Of a stretch of 64,000 nt of DNA, positions 56,201 to 64,000 are shown piece by piece. The stretch lies in contig OZ243964.1 in assembly GCA_965214635.1 (NCBI GenBank), positions 2,195,696-2,259,695 of the forward strand, in the 5' to 3' direction. Each line of letters begins with the position of its first letter. Within the stretch, counting starts at the first letter, position 1. The notes beneath the pieces were generated by a model that was not told where the DNA came from, searched no databases, and worked only from the letters and a program-made list of their open reading frames with translations. A program made the translations under genes and the position numbers. This DNA comes from Dehalococcoidia bacterium. Lineage in GTDB: Bacteria; Chloroflexota; Dehalococcoidia; Lucifugimonadales; JADFKI01.

Positions 56201-57275
56201 CGGCGCTGCCACGCACCGCAAAGAAGATGTCGCGCTCGTGCACGAACTTGGCGATGTCCCACACCACAAGGAAGTAGTCGGCGAACTGTGTTTGGCGTAT
56301 GACATCCAGCTCATAGTCGAGGCGTTGGCGCTCGGCATCGCCGGCGTTTGGTATGCGGCGCACCAGCTCTGTGCGGCATATGTCTGCCAGATAGTCGTCG
56401 GCGCTGCCGGCATCCTTGGGCACCGGATACTGCGGCAGCCGCATCCGCGAAAAGTCCAGCTCCAGCTCGCACATCTCGGCGATGCGCTGCGTGTTAGAGA
56501 TAGCGTCTGGGATTTCCACCCAAAGCGCCGCCATCTCTTGCGGGCTGCGTAGGTAGTACGAATCCTCTTCCATCCGCAGCCGCCCTTCGTCCTCCACGTT
56601 CGTGTTAGTCTGAATGCATATGAGGATGTCTTGCAGCGGGGCATCGTGTTTGTGGGTGTAGTGGGAATCGTTCGTGGCGACGAGTGGGATGTCGAGTTCG
56701 CGATGAAGCTCCATCAGCCCCTTGTTGATTGTGGGCAGCTCAGGCACATCGCCGTGGCTCATCAGCTCTAGGTAGTAGCGCCCTTCTAGCAGCTCCTTAT
56801 ACCAAGCGGCGGCGGCGCGCGCGGTTGCCATATCGCCCTTCGTAAGCGCGCGCGGCACTTCCCCGCTCGGGCAGCCGGACAGCAGGATAAGCCCTTCGCT
56901 GTGCTGCTCCAAAGCCTCGCGGTCTATGCGCGGCTTGTAGTAGAAGCCCTCCAAATTAGACTTGGTTACGAGTTTAATGAGGTTGTCGTAGCCGCGCTCG
57001 TTGTGCGAAAGCACGGTCATATGGTAGGGGGACTTATTGGCGGGATTGCGCTCGTGGCGGCTGCTGGGCGCAACATACATTTCGCAGCCGATGATGGGCT
57101 TTACGCCGTGCTTTTTGGCAATCTGATAGAAGTCTATTGCGCCGTACATACCGCCGTGGTCGGTAATCGCGAGGCTGTCCATGCCAAGCTCAACTGTCCG
57201 CTCGACCAGCCCCTCAAGCCGACTAAGCCCGTCTAGCATGCTGTACTCGGTGTGCACATGAAGATGAGTGAACAA
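53235..57275 (-). CDS. dnaE: DNA polymerase III alpha subunit with repeat-containing insertion before the C-terminal domain
   Basis: PHP domain (HLHVHTEYSMLDG), palm/fingers (GVFQMEGSG, KMDFLGL), HhH, OB fold, then ~260 aa of low complexity, then a C-terminal ~85 aa resembling the E. coli alpha C-terminus. TTG start with GGAGG SD. Confidence 0.95.
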   Translation of the reverse strand: MFTHLHVHTEYSMLDGLSRLEGLVERTVELGMDSLAITDHGGMYGAIDFYQIAKKHGVKPIIGCEMYVAPSSRHERNPANKSPYHMTVLSHNERGYDNLIKLVTKSNLEGFYYKPRIDREALEQHSEGLILLSGCPSGEVPRALTKGDMATARAAAAWYKELLEGRYYLELMSHGDVPELPTINKGLMELHRELDIPLVATNDSHYTHKHDAPLQDILICIQTNTNVEDEGRLRMEEDSYYLRSPQEMAALWVEIPDAISNTQRIAEMCELELDFSRMRLPQYPVPKDAGSADDYLADICRTELVRRIPNAGDAERQRLDYELDVIRQTQFADYFLVVWDIAKFVHERDIFFAVRGSAAASLVLYCLGVTDVNPLPYRLVFERFLNVERKEMPDIDMDFQDDRREEVINYVVDKYGREHVAQIITFGTFGAKAAIRDSGRALAMPYGDVDRVARLVPTRLGITITDAIEQNPEMKEAYDAGDGDGTRNLVDTAIGLEGLTRHTSTHAAAVVISQEPLTDIVPLQRPTRGSDDGTGVAMTQYAMEPCADLGLLKMDFLGLSNLAILARARNLIAHTRGQRFSLTDIPLDDGNTFALLSRGDTVGVFQMEGSGMTRYIKELKPSSLGDVAAMIALYRPGPMDHISTFIDSKHGRTQPNYPHPALKDILEETYGVIVYQDQVLQIARTFAGYTLGEADIVRKAMGKKIPEIMAEERERFITGALEQGYSQPMAEQIFALIEPFAGYAFNKAHSVSYGLISYWTAYLKANFTAEYMVALLNSFKGSADKIVAAIAECRRLDIPVLPPSVNKSDVDYSIETTPDGHEGIRIGLSGIKNVGEAAVAPLVNASRKHGGFDTIENLCQSGDIGAVGKKTLESLIRCGALDDFGDRSGLLDVMERILTLAQSEASRQNSQQASMFDMMGASMPTELVSIDIPDKHTSDAQKGQWEQELLGMSTSNNTLLDLLAQRGKSEYIVMLKDLDVDMAGKRVKVTGLVSDVSQRYTRENKPYAIATLTLMDGTMEVFIWDDKWQETQAAWVDGKLIAVTATVRARDDQLSLSCLDAEEVTLPPATTTPSANASAETARVNGTASVQEPSVAYAPDATAQQPQRTKAPAAVGDAEDAPPWDTDSTGAATAASVDAISSTVLPKSPVTAHNGSDLPSSPVNGGDPQQQARKSPSLPKSPVTAQNGNALPSSPVNGGDPQQQAHKSPSLPKSPVTAQNGNGLPSSPANSSDPQPQAHKSPSLPKSPVTAQNGSALPSSPVNGNGARHLTLRLRETNTNSDGRLLMDVKSVLVEHQGESEVTLEIATDGRIVTMEWPVIRVDASESMVDELRQLLGAAGDAYLSS
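53488..53845. repeat. 99-bp tandem repeat (~3.6 units) inside dnaE
   Basis: TTC(A/G)C(C/T)GGGCTTGA(T/C)GGCAA recurs at 53488, 53587, 53686 and 53785. Encodes the 33-aa unit LPKSPVTAQNG.ALPSSPVNGGDPQQQA.KSPS. Confidence 0.85.
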
Positions 57276-57530
57276 GTGGAGTCGCCTCCGTTTTGGCGCT
57301 GAGCGTTAGCCTGATTTGACTCGATTATACCATCGCACTATTCGGCGATACTTGCGGATATTTGGAGTGTTTTTGAGTGAAAGCAGGCAGTGCGCCAGCA
57401 GTTCTAGCGGTTAGCCCCAGCGGTGTGCAAGCTAATTCCAAGCGTAAAAGCCCCTAATCTGCTTGGGTGAAAATGGGGTTTTCCCAGTGTTGCGGATACC
57501 CGGGTGCTATGGAACGGTGTTGTCGGTGGC

Positions 57531-57569
57531 AAAAAAACAGAGCGGACTTCGCAAGTGCGAAATCCGCTC
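57531..57569 (-). terminator. rho-independent terminator downstream of groEL
   Basis: On the minus strand: GAGCGGATTTCGCA-CT-TGCGAAGTCCGCTC (13 bp with one mismatch), then TGTTTTTTT, 44 nt after the groEL stop. Confidence 0.75.
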
Positions 57570-57612
57570 GTTATCTTGGCTAGCCTATGGGACTAGTGAG
57601 GGGTGCTGTCGC

Positions 57613-59226
57613 CTAGTAGTCCATCGGCGGCATTGCCGGGGCTGCGGCTGGCTGCTCTTCCTTCACATCGGTGATGAGGGACTCGGTTGTGAGCACCATA
57701 GAGGCAACGCTTGCGGCGTTCTCGATGGCGGCGCGGGTAACCTTGGCTGGGTCCATAATGCCGCGCTCGAGCAGGTGTCCGAACTCGCCGACTTCGGCGT
57801 CATATCCCCAGTCGCCTTCTGCCTTGATGCTCTCGGAGAGGATGACCTCGCCGGACACGCCCGTGTTCTCGGAGATGAGCTTGAGGGGCTGTTCGAGTGC
57901 CTTGCGGAGGATAGCCACGCCGGTTGCCTCGTCGCCGCTCACCTGTACGCTGTCTAGTGCGTCGCGTGCGCGTATGAGCGCAAGCCCGCCGCCGGGCACG
58001 ATGCCCTCTTCCACAGCGGCACGCGTGGCGGACAGCGCATCCTCTACGCGTTGCTTCTTCTCGCGAAGCTCTACCTCAGTCGCTGCGCCTACCTTGATGA
58101 TGGCGACGCCGCCGCTGAGCTTGGCGAGCCGCTCTTGCAGCTTCTCGCGGTCGAAGTCGGAGGTGGTCTCGTCTATCTGAGCCTTAATCTGGTTGATGCG
58201 CCCGGAGATGTCGTTGTCGTTGCCTGCGCCGTCCACGAAGATGGTCTCTTCCTTGGACGCCACTACGCGGCGCGCCCTGCCGAGGTCTTCCACGAGCACG
58301 GAGTCTAGCTTGCGCCCGACCTCTTCGCTGATGACCTGCCCGCCGGTGAGGATTGCCATATCTTCGAGCATCGCCTTGCGCCTGTCGCCGAAGCCGGGCG
58401 CCTTGACGGCGAGGCAGTTCAGCGTGCCGCGCAGTCGGTTGACGACCAGCGTGGCGAGCGCTTCGCCCTCGATGTCTTCGGAGATGATGACGAGGTTCTT
58501 GCTGACCTGCAGGATCTTCTCAAGCGCCGGAAGCACATCCGCAACCGCCGAGATCTTCTTGTCGGTGATGAGGATGTATGGGTCTTCGATGGACGACTCC
58601 ATCTTGTCTTGGTCGGTGATGAAGTACGGGGAGATGTAGCCGCGGTCTATCTGCATCCCCTCGACGAACTCTTGCTCGAAGCTCAAGCCCTTGGATTCGT
58701 CCACTGTGATGACGCCGTCTTTGCCCACGCGCTCCATGACATCGGCGATAAGCCCGCCCATTTCGTCGTCGTGTGCGGAGAGGGACGCCACCTGCGCTAT
58801 CTGCGTCTTGCCCTCGACAGATGTGGACATGCTGCCGATGTGTCCGCGGATGGCAGACACGCCCTTTTCGATGCCACGCTTGAGCGCCATGGGGTTTGCG
58901 CCTGCGGCGATGTTCTTGAAGCCTTCGTGGATAATAGCTTGGGACAGCACGGTTGCGGTGGTGGTGCCGTCGCCTGCGACATCGTTGGTCTTGCTAGCGG
59001 CTTCTTTCAGGAGCTGTGCGCCCATGTTCTCGAACGGGTCTTCGAGTTCTATCTCTTTGGCGATGGTAACGCCGTCGCTGCACACCTGCGGCGGACCGAA
59101 CTTCTTGTCCAGCACCACATTGCGCCCCCTTGGGCCGAGCGTAACGCCCACGGTGCTCGCCATCGTGTCTATGCCGCGCTTCATTGCGGCGCGTGCTTCC
59201 TCACTAAATGTGAGCTGTTTTGGCAT
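57613..59226 (-). CDS. groL: chaperonin GroEL (Cpn60)
   Basis: Canonical [22 protein letters not shown] motifs and Met-rich C-terminus (APAMPPMDY). Confidence 0.97.
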   Translation of the reverse strand: MPKQLTFSEEARAAMKRGIDTMASTVGVTLGPRGRNVVLDKKFGPPQVCSDGVTIAKEIELEDPFENMGAQLLKEAASKTNDVAGDGTTTATVLSQAIIHEGFKNIAAGANPMALKRGIEKGVSAIRGHIGSMSTSVEGKTQIAQVASLSAHDDEMGGLIADVMERVGKDGVITVDESKGLSFEQEFVEGMQIDRGYISPYFITDQDKMESSIEDPYILITDKKISAVADVLPALEKILQVSKNLVIISEDIEGEALATLVVNRLRGTLNCLAVKAPGFGDRRKAMLEDMAILTGGQVISEEVGRKLDSVLVEDLGRARRVVASKEETIFVDGAGNDNDISGRINQIKAQIDETTSDFDREKLQERLAKLSGGVAIIKVGAATEVELREKKQRVEDALSATRAAVEEGIVPGGGLALIRARDALDSVQVSGDEATGVAILRKALEQPLKLISENTGVSGEVILSESIKAEGDWGYDAEVGEFGHLLERGIMDPAKVTRAAIENAASVASMVLTTESLITDVKEEQPAAAPAMPPMDY

Positions 59227-59306
59227 CTTCGTCCTCCTGTGAACTGTGCCTTGTGTGTCTCGTCATTATCGGGTTGCTGCTGCCGGTTGGGGCGGCGAGC
59301 CTGCCA

Positions 59307-59612
59307 CTACCTCTTGAACAGGATGTCGTCTTCGCGCAGCACGAGGTACTCGGTGTCGCCCTCTTTGTACTCGGTGCCGGCGTACTTGGAATACACCACG
59401 GTGTCCCCGACTGCGAGTTCCATCGGCACGCGTGCGCCATCGTCGGTGAGCCTGCCGGGGCCTACGGCTACAACCGTGCCCTCTTGTGGCTTCTCTTTGG
59501 CGGTGTCGGGGATGTAGATGCCGCCTGCGCTCATCTGCTCCTCTGCCTCCGCCGGCTCCACAACCACGCGGTTGCCCAGCGGCTTGAATGTGGTCTGCGT
59601 CTCTGTCGCCAT
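59307..59612 (-). CDS. groS: co-chaperonin GroES (Cpn10)
   Basis: 101 aa, [12 protein letters not shown] ... [15 protein letters not shown] ... [21 protein letters not shown]. Confidence 0.95.
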   Translation of the reverse strand: MATETQTTFKPLGNRVVVEPAEAEEQMSAGGIYIPDTAKEKPQEGTVVAVGPGRLTDDGARVPMELAVGDTVVYSKYAGTEYKEGDTEYLVLREDDILFKR

Positions 59613-59736
59613 TTTCGCTTGAACCTCCTGATGTTCACCCGTTCAGCATCGTTTCGTTTTGCTGCAAAATATCGCACTCATCTCGCCCGCTTCGCATCTG
59701 CCGCCGCCCATAACTATGACCGCCGCAGATTGCGAA

Positions 59737-59763
59737 TTAGCAGACGAGCCGCCTGACTGCTAA
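59737..59763. promoter_or_regulatory. CIRCE-like HrcA operator variant (TTAGCAGAC-N9-GACTGCTAA)
   Basis: 9-bp inverted repeat with an exact 9-nt spacer, 125 nt upstream of groES, 5 nt downstream of a candidate -10. Differs from the consensus TTAGCACTC-N9-GAGTGCTAA at 2 positions per arm. Confidence 0.6.
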
Positions 59764-59768
59764 CAACA

Positions 59769-59798
59769 AATATAACGAAGATGTAACATCCGTGTCAA
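59769..59798 (-). promoter_or_regulatory. candidate sigma-A promoter of groES-groEL (-35 TTGACA, 18-nt spacer, -10 TATATT)
   Basis: Read on the minus strand: TTGACAcggatgttacatcttcgtTATATT, directly followed by the CIRCE-like palindrome. Confidence 0.5.
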
Positions 59799-59876
59799 CA
59801 GATTTTCTCAGAAGACCGACTCGGCAAAAGCCCTTGTTGATAGACTGACTGATTGCCAAACTGATAGACTTATTCT

Positions 59877-60824
59877 ATGAAAATTCCCACCACGCCACAG
59901 GGGAATGCAAGCCCCGCATATGGCGTCCCCATGGCGCTGCTCAAGTCCATGCGGTTGCGCCAGTGGTACAAGAACCTGCTCATCTACCTCGCCTTCTTCT
60001 TCACCATATCGGAGGTGTGGCATCCGATATGGAACCCGCTAGGTGCGCTCGCCATATTCGCCAACCTGACGCTCGCGGTGGCGTTGTTTTGCCTCCTCAG
60101 CAGCGCCGTATATATCTACAACGACATACGGGACATCGAAAGCGACCGCCAGCACCCCCGCAAGCGCTATCGCCCCATCGCCGCCGGACGCCTGCCCCTG
60201 CCCGTAGCGCGCATCGCCGCCGCCGCATTCGAAATTATCGGCATCCTCGCCGCATTTGCCCTATCGCTCGAATTCGGGCTGATTGCCATCATTTATATTG
60301 GGCTGCAGTTCGCATATTCGCACATCTTCAAGCACATACCGATAGTGGATGTGTTCACCATCAGCTCGGGGATGGTGCTGCGTGTGGTTGCGGGCGCAGT
60401 GGTAATGGAGGCGCCCATATCGCCTTGGCTGTATCTGTGCACAACGCTGGTTGCGCTGCTGCTTGCGCTGGTCAAGCGCCGCAGCGAGCTGCGCCAAGCC
60501 GGGGACAACGCCCACAGCCAGCGGAGTTCGCTCATCGCATACAGCACATCGTCGCTAGACCAGCTCATTGTCATTGCCGCCACCGCATCACTCGTCGCAT
60601 ACTCCTTATATACATTCACTGCGCCCAACCTGCCGGAGAACAAGGCGATGATGCTCACCATTCCATTCGTGGTTTTCGGCTTGTTCCGATACATTCTGCT
60701 TGCGGACAAGCCCGATGCCGGCGAATCCCCAGAGGATTACCTGCTCAGCGACATCCCGTTGGCTGCGTCGCTAGTCTTGTGGGTGGTAGCCGCAGCCGTC
60801 ATCCTAACCGTGTTCGGTCGCTGA
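59877..60824 (+). CDS. UbiA-family prenyltransferase, decaprenyl-phosphate phosphoribosyltransferase-like
   Basis: LRQWYKNLLI, Asp-rich NDIRDIESDRQHPRKRYRPIAAG motif, about 8 TM helices. The start may be the ATG at 59931. Confidence 0.8.
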   Translation: MKIPTTPQGNASPAYGVPMALLKSMRLRQWYKNLLIYLAFFFTISEVWHPIWNPLGALAIFANLTLAVALFCLLSSAVYIYNDIRDIESDRQHPRKRYRPIAAGRLPLPVARIAAAAFEIIGILAAFALSLEFGLIAIIYIGLQFAYSHIFKHIPIVDVFTISSGMVLRVVAGAVVMEAPISPWLYLCTTLVALLLALVKRRSELRQAGDNAHSQRSSLIAYSTSSLDQLIVIAATASLVAYSLYTFTAPNLPENKAMMLTIPFVVFGLFRYILLADKPDAGESPEDYLLSDIPLAASLVLWVVAAAVILTVFGR

Positions 60825-61085
60825 CCCGTTCCCAACGCCTAGCTCCTTATACATATCGCATACATATCGCAGGTGTTTGCCTAGCCCTGCCCGACCGGAG
60901 AGCGTTTGCAAAAACCTTCTTTACACTTTTACAGCGCGAGCGTAGCGTATTTCGTGGGGCTTTGTGCATGAGGTTTGGGGCAGGTAGGGCAACTGTAATG
61001 AGATTGAATTCTTAATTCACACGAAACCTGATACACTATCCGCCTAATACTTATTATCCACTAGCCACCGGTCTAGGAGTCCCTG

Positions 61086-63125
61086 ATGGTCCCCCCTGAC
61101 AGCATCTTCGGCGTTATCCCCACATGGGTGGGCGTGTACCTGATTTCGCTAGCCGCATTCGCTGCTGCTGGGCTGCTGCTGTATCGGCGAGTGTTCCGGC
61201 TGGTGCTGCTGGGCAAGCCTGCGGGCCGCTTCGACCGGCCGCTGCACCGATTGGTTGGCGCACTGCCGTACATCTTCGGGCAGCGCAAGGTGTTGCAGCG
61301 GGTGTCCATCCCCCGAGACCGTGCCGGGCTGGCGCACTTCTTCATCTTCTGGGGCTTTCTGTCATTTTCCCTGAGCTACATACTGTTCATATTTGCGGAT
61401 TCTATCTGGCATCCTCTGTCGTCAAAGATACTCACGGAAACGGGAGTGCGGATATTCACCTTCTATCTGGACATACTGGCGGTGGTGTTCCTGTTTGTGT
61501 TGGCGTGGGCGGCGATACGCCGTTGGGTGCTGACGCCGCACCGCCTATCGTTTGACCTGACGCAGAAGAAGGAATCGGTCGTCATCTTGGCGCTGATCGC
61601 GCTGCTGATGGTGTTCACGCTGCTGACGGAGGCGTTCTACATAGCATCGGGCGGGAGCGGCGCACACGCATCTGCGCCCATCGGCGGGGCAATCGCCAGC
61701 GTCGTCAGCGGTGTCGTCAGCGAACCTGTCGCCGTCGCACTGCAAGCCATCTTCTGGTGGGCGCACCTGTTCATCATTCTCGGCTTTGCTGTCTACATCC
61801 CCTTGTCCAAGCACATGCACATGGTTGGTGCGCCCATCAACTTCTTCACACGCTCGCTGGAGGCGCGCGGGACGCTGCCCACGCCCACCGACCTAGAGAC
61901 AGCGGAGGTGTTCGGCGCGCATCGCATCCAAGACTTCACTCAGCGCCAATTGCTAGACGGCTACGCCTGCGCCGTATGCGGGCGCTGCACCGATAGCTGC
62001 CCCGCCAACATCAGCGGCAAGATACTCTCGCCCATGCACATCGTCGAGAACCTCAAAGAGCATGTGCTGGAGACCGGCCCCTCTCTCGTGGACGGCGATG
62101 ACAAGCAAGACGAAAAGCCCCTCATCGGACGCTGGATACAGGAAGAGGCGCTTTGGGACTGCCTGACCTGCGGCGCTTGCGTCGAAGAATGCCCCGTCGG
62201 CGTGGAGCACATCAGCACCATCGTAGATATGCGCCGCTTCCTCGTGATGGAGCGCGCCGAGATGCCCGAAACCGCTATGAACGCCCTGCTCAGCATGGAA
62301 CAGCGCGGCCACCCGTGGCGTGGCACCACCTTTACGCGCACGGACTGGGCTGAGGGGCTGAATGTCCCCACGCTCGCCGAGCACCCCGACGCCGAGGTGC
62401 TGTTTTGGGTGGGTTGCACCGCCGCCCTCGAGCAGCGCAGCCAAAGTGTGGCGCGCTCTATGGTGTCTGTGCTCAAGCGCGCCGGCGTGGACTTCGCCAT
62501 CCTCGGCAGCGAAGAGAATTGCACTGGCGACCCTGCTCGGCGGATGGGCAACGAATACCTCTACCAAATTATGGCTCAGCAAAACATAGACACGCTCGAC
62601 CGCTATGATGTCAAGAAAATCGTTACCATCTGCCCGCACTGCTTCAACACCATCAAGAACGAATACCCGCATCTCGGCGGCGACTACCAAGTGCAGCATT
62701 ACAGCGAGTTTGTTGCAGAACTCATAGATGCGGGGCGCATCAAGCCGCTGGCGCGCTTGGACACCACCCTCGCCTACCACGATTCTTGCTATCTCGGGCG
62801 GCACAACGGCATCTACGACCAGCCGCGCCGCATCGCCCAAGCCATTCCCGGCTTGAAACTCGTGGAGATGGAGCGCTGCCGTGAACAGGGCTTCTGCTGC
62901 GGCGCAGGCGGCGGCCATATGTGGGTCGAAGAAAGCCGTGGTGCACGCGTCAACCACATCCGCACCGACCAGTATCTGGACACCGGCGCTGATACCGTCG
63001 GCGTATCGTGCCCCTTCTGCCTCCAAATGTTCGTCGAGGGCATCGGCACGAAGCAAGCCCAAGACTCTCGCGACGCCAAAGATCTCTTGGAGCTGCTGGA
63101 CGAAAGCTTGGGCGAACCACAGTGA
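61086..63125 (+). CDS. membrane-anchored (Fe-S)-binding oxidoreductase: polytopic N-domain + 2x[4Fe-4S] ferredoxin + two CCG (HdrD/GlpC-like) domains
   Basis: About 6 N-terminal TM helices. CAVCGRCTDSCP and CLTCGACVEECP. CCG-domain cysteines CPHCFNTIK ... CCGAGGG ... CPFCLQMF. AGGAG SD. Confidence 0.8.
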   Translation: MVPPDSIFGVIPTWVGVYLISLAAFAAAGLLLYRRVFRLVLLGKPAGRFDRPLHRLVGALPYIFGQRKVLQRVSIPRDRAGLAHFFIFWGFLSFSLSYILFIFADSIWHPLSSKILTETGVRIFTFYLDILAVVFLFVLAWAAIRRWVLTPHRLSFDLTQKKESVVILALIALLMVFTLLTEAFYIASGGSGAHASAPIGGAIASVVSGVVSEPVAVALQAIFWWAHLFIILGFAVYIPLSKHMHMVGAPINFFTRSLEARGTLPTPTDLETAEVFGAHRIQDFTQRQLLDGYACAVCGRCTDSCPANISGKILSPMHIVENLKEHVLETGPSLVDGDDKQDEKPLIGRWIQEEALWDCLTCGACVEECPVGVEHISTIVDMRRFLVMERAEMPETAMNALLSMEQRGHPWRGTTFTRTDWAEGLNVPTLAEHPDAEVLFWVGCTAALEQRSQSVARSMVSVLKRAGVDFAILGSEENCTGDPARRMGNEYLYQIMAQQNIDTLDRYDVKKIVTICPHCFNTIKNEYPHLGGDYQVQHYSEFVAELIDAGRIKPLARLDTTLAYHDSCYLGRHNGIYDQPRRIAQAIPGLKLVEMERCREQGFCCGAGGGHMWVEESRGARVNHIRTDQYLDTGADTVGVSCPFCLQMFVEGIGTKQAQDSRDAKDLLELLDESLGEPQ

Positions 63126-63232
63126 GTCCTTGTTTCGAAGTTTAGAATGCCGATTAGGGTAGACTAGGGATGAAAGAACTGAACTCCGGCTAGACAGGTT
63201 ATATAAGAACAAGCAGGATAAAGGGGACAAAA

Positions 63233-64000
63233 ATGTCAATCAAGATAGGCATAGGCTTTGGGGGATGGCCGTTTCCGAGCGATGATCCGCAGCACCTGTG
63301 GCGCTATGTGGACGCTTGCGAGGCGTTGGACATAGACTCCATTTGGCTGAGCGACCGAATCGTTTCGCCACAGCTGAACATGGAGGCGGTTGTGGCGCTC
63401 TCATTCGCCGCTGCGCGCACCACCAACCTGAAGTTTGGCACGAGTGTCATTGCGCTGCCGCTGCGAAACCCCACAATCCTCGCCAAGCAGATAGCCACGC
63501 TCGACTTCCTGTCCGGCGGGCGCTCGATGCCCGCAGTTGGGCTTGGCACGGAGGACGCCACCGAGTACGAAGCATGCGGCACGACCCGCACTAGGCGCGT
63601 CAGTCGCACCGAAGAGGCAATCCAAGTGATGCGCCTGCTTTGGCAAGAGGACAATGTAACCTTCCACGGGCAGCACTTCACGCTCAACAATGTAACCGTG
63701 CAGCCCAAACCCGTGTTCCCCCCTGATGGCATGCCGCCCATATGGATTGGCGGGCGCAGTGAGCCGGCGCTCCGCCGCACCGCGCGCATCGGCGACGGCT
63801 GGCTCGTCTCCCAAGCCACCCCGGACGAGGTTCGCACTGGCGTGGACAAAATCTCCACATGGGCGGACGAGTTCGGCAACGATATCGAGGAAGACCACTA
63901 CGGAGCGCTGACCGCCTTCTGCTTCGCTGACACACGCGAGGAAGCCGAGCGCATCGCTGCGCCCTACATGCTGCGCCGCCGCGAAGACACCCACTGGCGC
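63233..64000 (+). CDS. LLM-class (luciferase-like) F420/flavin-dependent oxidoreductase, 3'-truncated by the window end
   Basis: Not in the ORF track because no stop falls in the window. My translation MSIKIGIGFGGWPF...IDSIWLSDRIVSP...FGTSVIALPLRNP...GGRS..AVGLG matches the LLM TIM-barrel pattern. AAAGGGGA SD. Confidence 0.75.
   Translation, partial: MSIKIGIGFGGWPFPSDDPQHLWRYVDACEALDIDSIWLSDRIVSPQLNMEAVVALSFAAARTTNLKFGTSVIALPLRNPTILAKQIATLDFLSGGRSMPAVGLGTEDATEYEACGTTRTRRVSRTEEAIQVMRLLWQEDNVTFHGQHFTLNNVTVQPKPVFPPDGMPPIWIGGRSEPALRRTARIGDGWLVSQATPDEVRTGVDKISTWADEFGNDIEEDHYGALTAFCFADTREEAERIAAPYMLRRREDTHWR

Overview
High-GC bacterial chromosomal segment, densely coded on both strands, mostly housekeeping and catabolic genes. 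I call about 50 protein genes. Core genes: dnaE, groES-groEL (sigma-A-like promoter plus CIRCE-like operator), ftsY, lexA, lysA, proC, pdxA, uppP, ogt, copA plus a YHS-domain protein, larE. There are five tRNAs: Leu-CAA alone, and a Val-CAC/Leu-CAG/Arg-GCG/Val-TAC cluster. The window is rich in paralogs: two tandem MFS transporters beside an enolase-superfamily enzyme, five classical SDR genes including two adjacent pairs (plus one extended-SDR epimerase elsewhere), and a translationally coupled MaoC hot-dog pair. Zn-ADH, aldo/keto reductase, F420-type PPOX and LLM genes are also present. This content resembles marine Chloroflexota such as SAR202, but that is only a guess and cannot be verified here. 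No rRNA, CRISPR array or prophage was seen. Accessory or unusual elements: (1) a visibly AT-richer islet with a standalone DUF262-DUF1524 (GmrSD-like) nuclease; (2) an intact 1066-bp IS with 26-bp terminal inverted repeats, 8-bp target duplications and an A7 -1 frameshift site; (3) an AT-richer GT-C-like membrane protein gene whose probable true start is put out of frame by a 10-nt homopolymer; (4) a DnaE with a 99-bp x ~3.6 tandem-repeat insertion; (5) an 858-aa GLUG/Pro-Thr repeat surface protein with 108-bp tandem repeats; (6) a duplicated proC 5' end that creates a coupled leader ORF; (7) a MoxR-DUF58-transglutaminase operon with a Cys-to-Ser change at the predicted nucleophile. No clearly novel multi-gene system could be established from sequence alone. 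The best leads are listed as findings with explicit tests.
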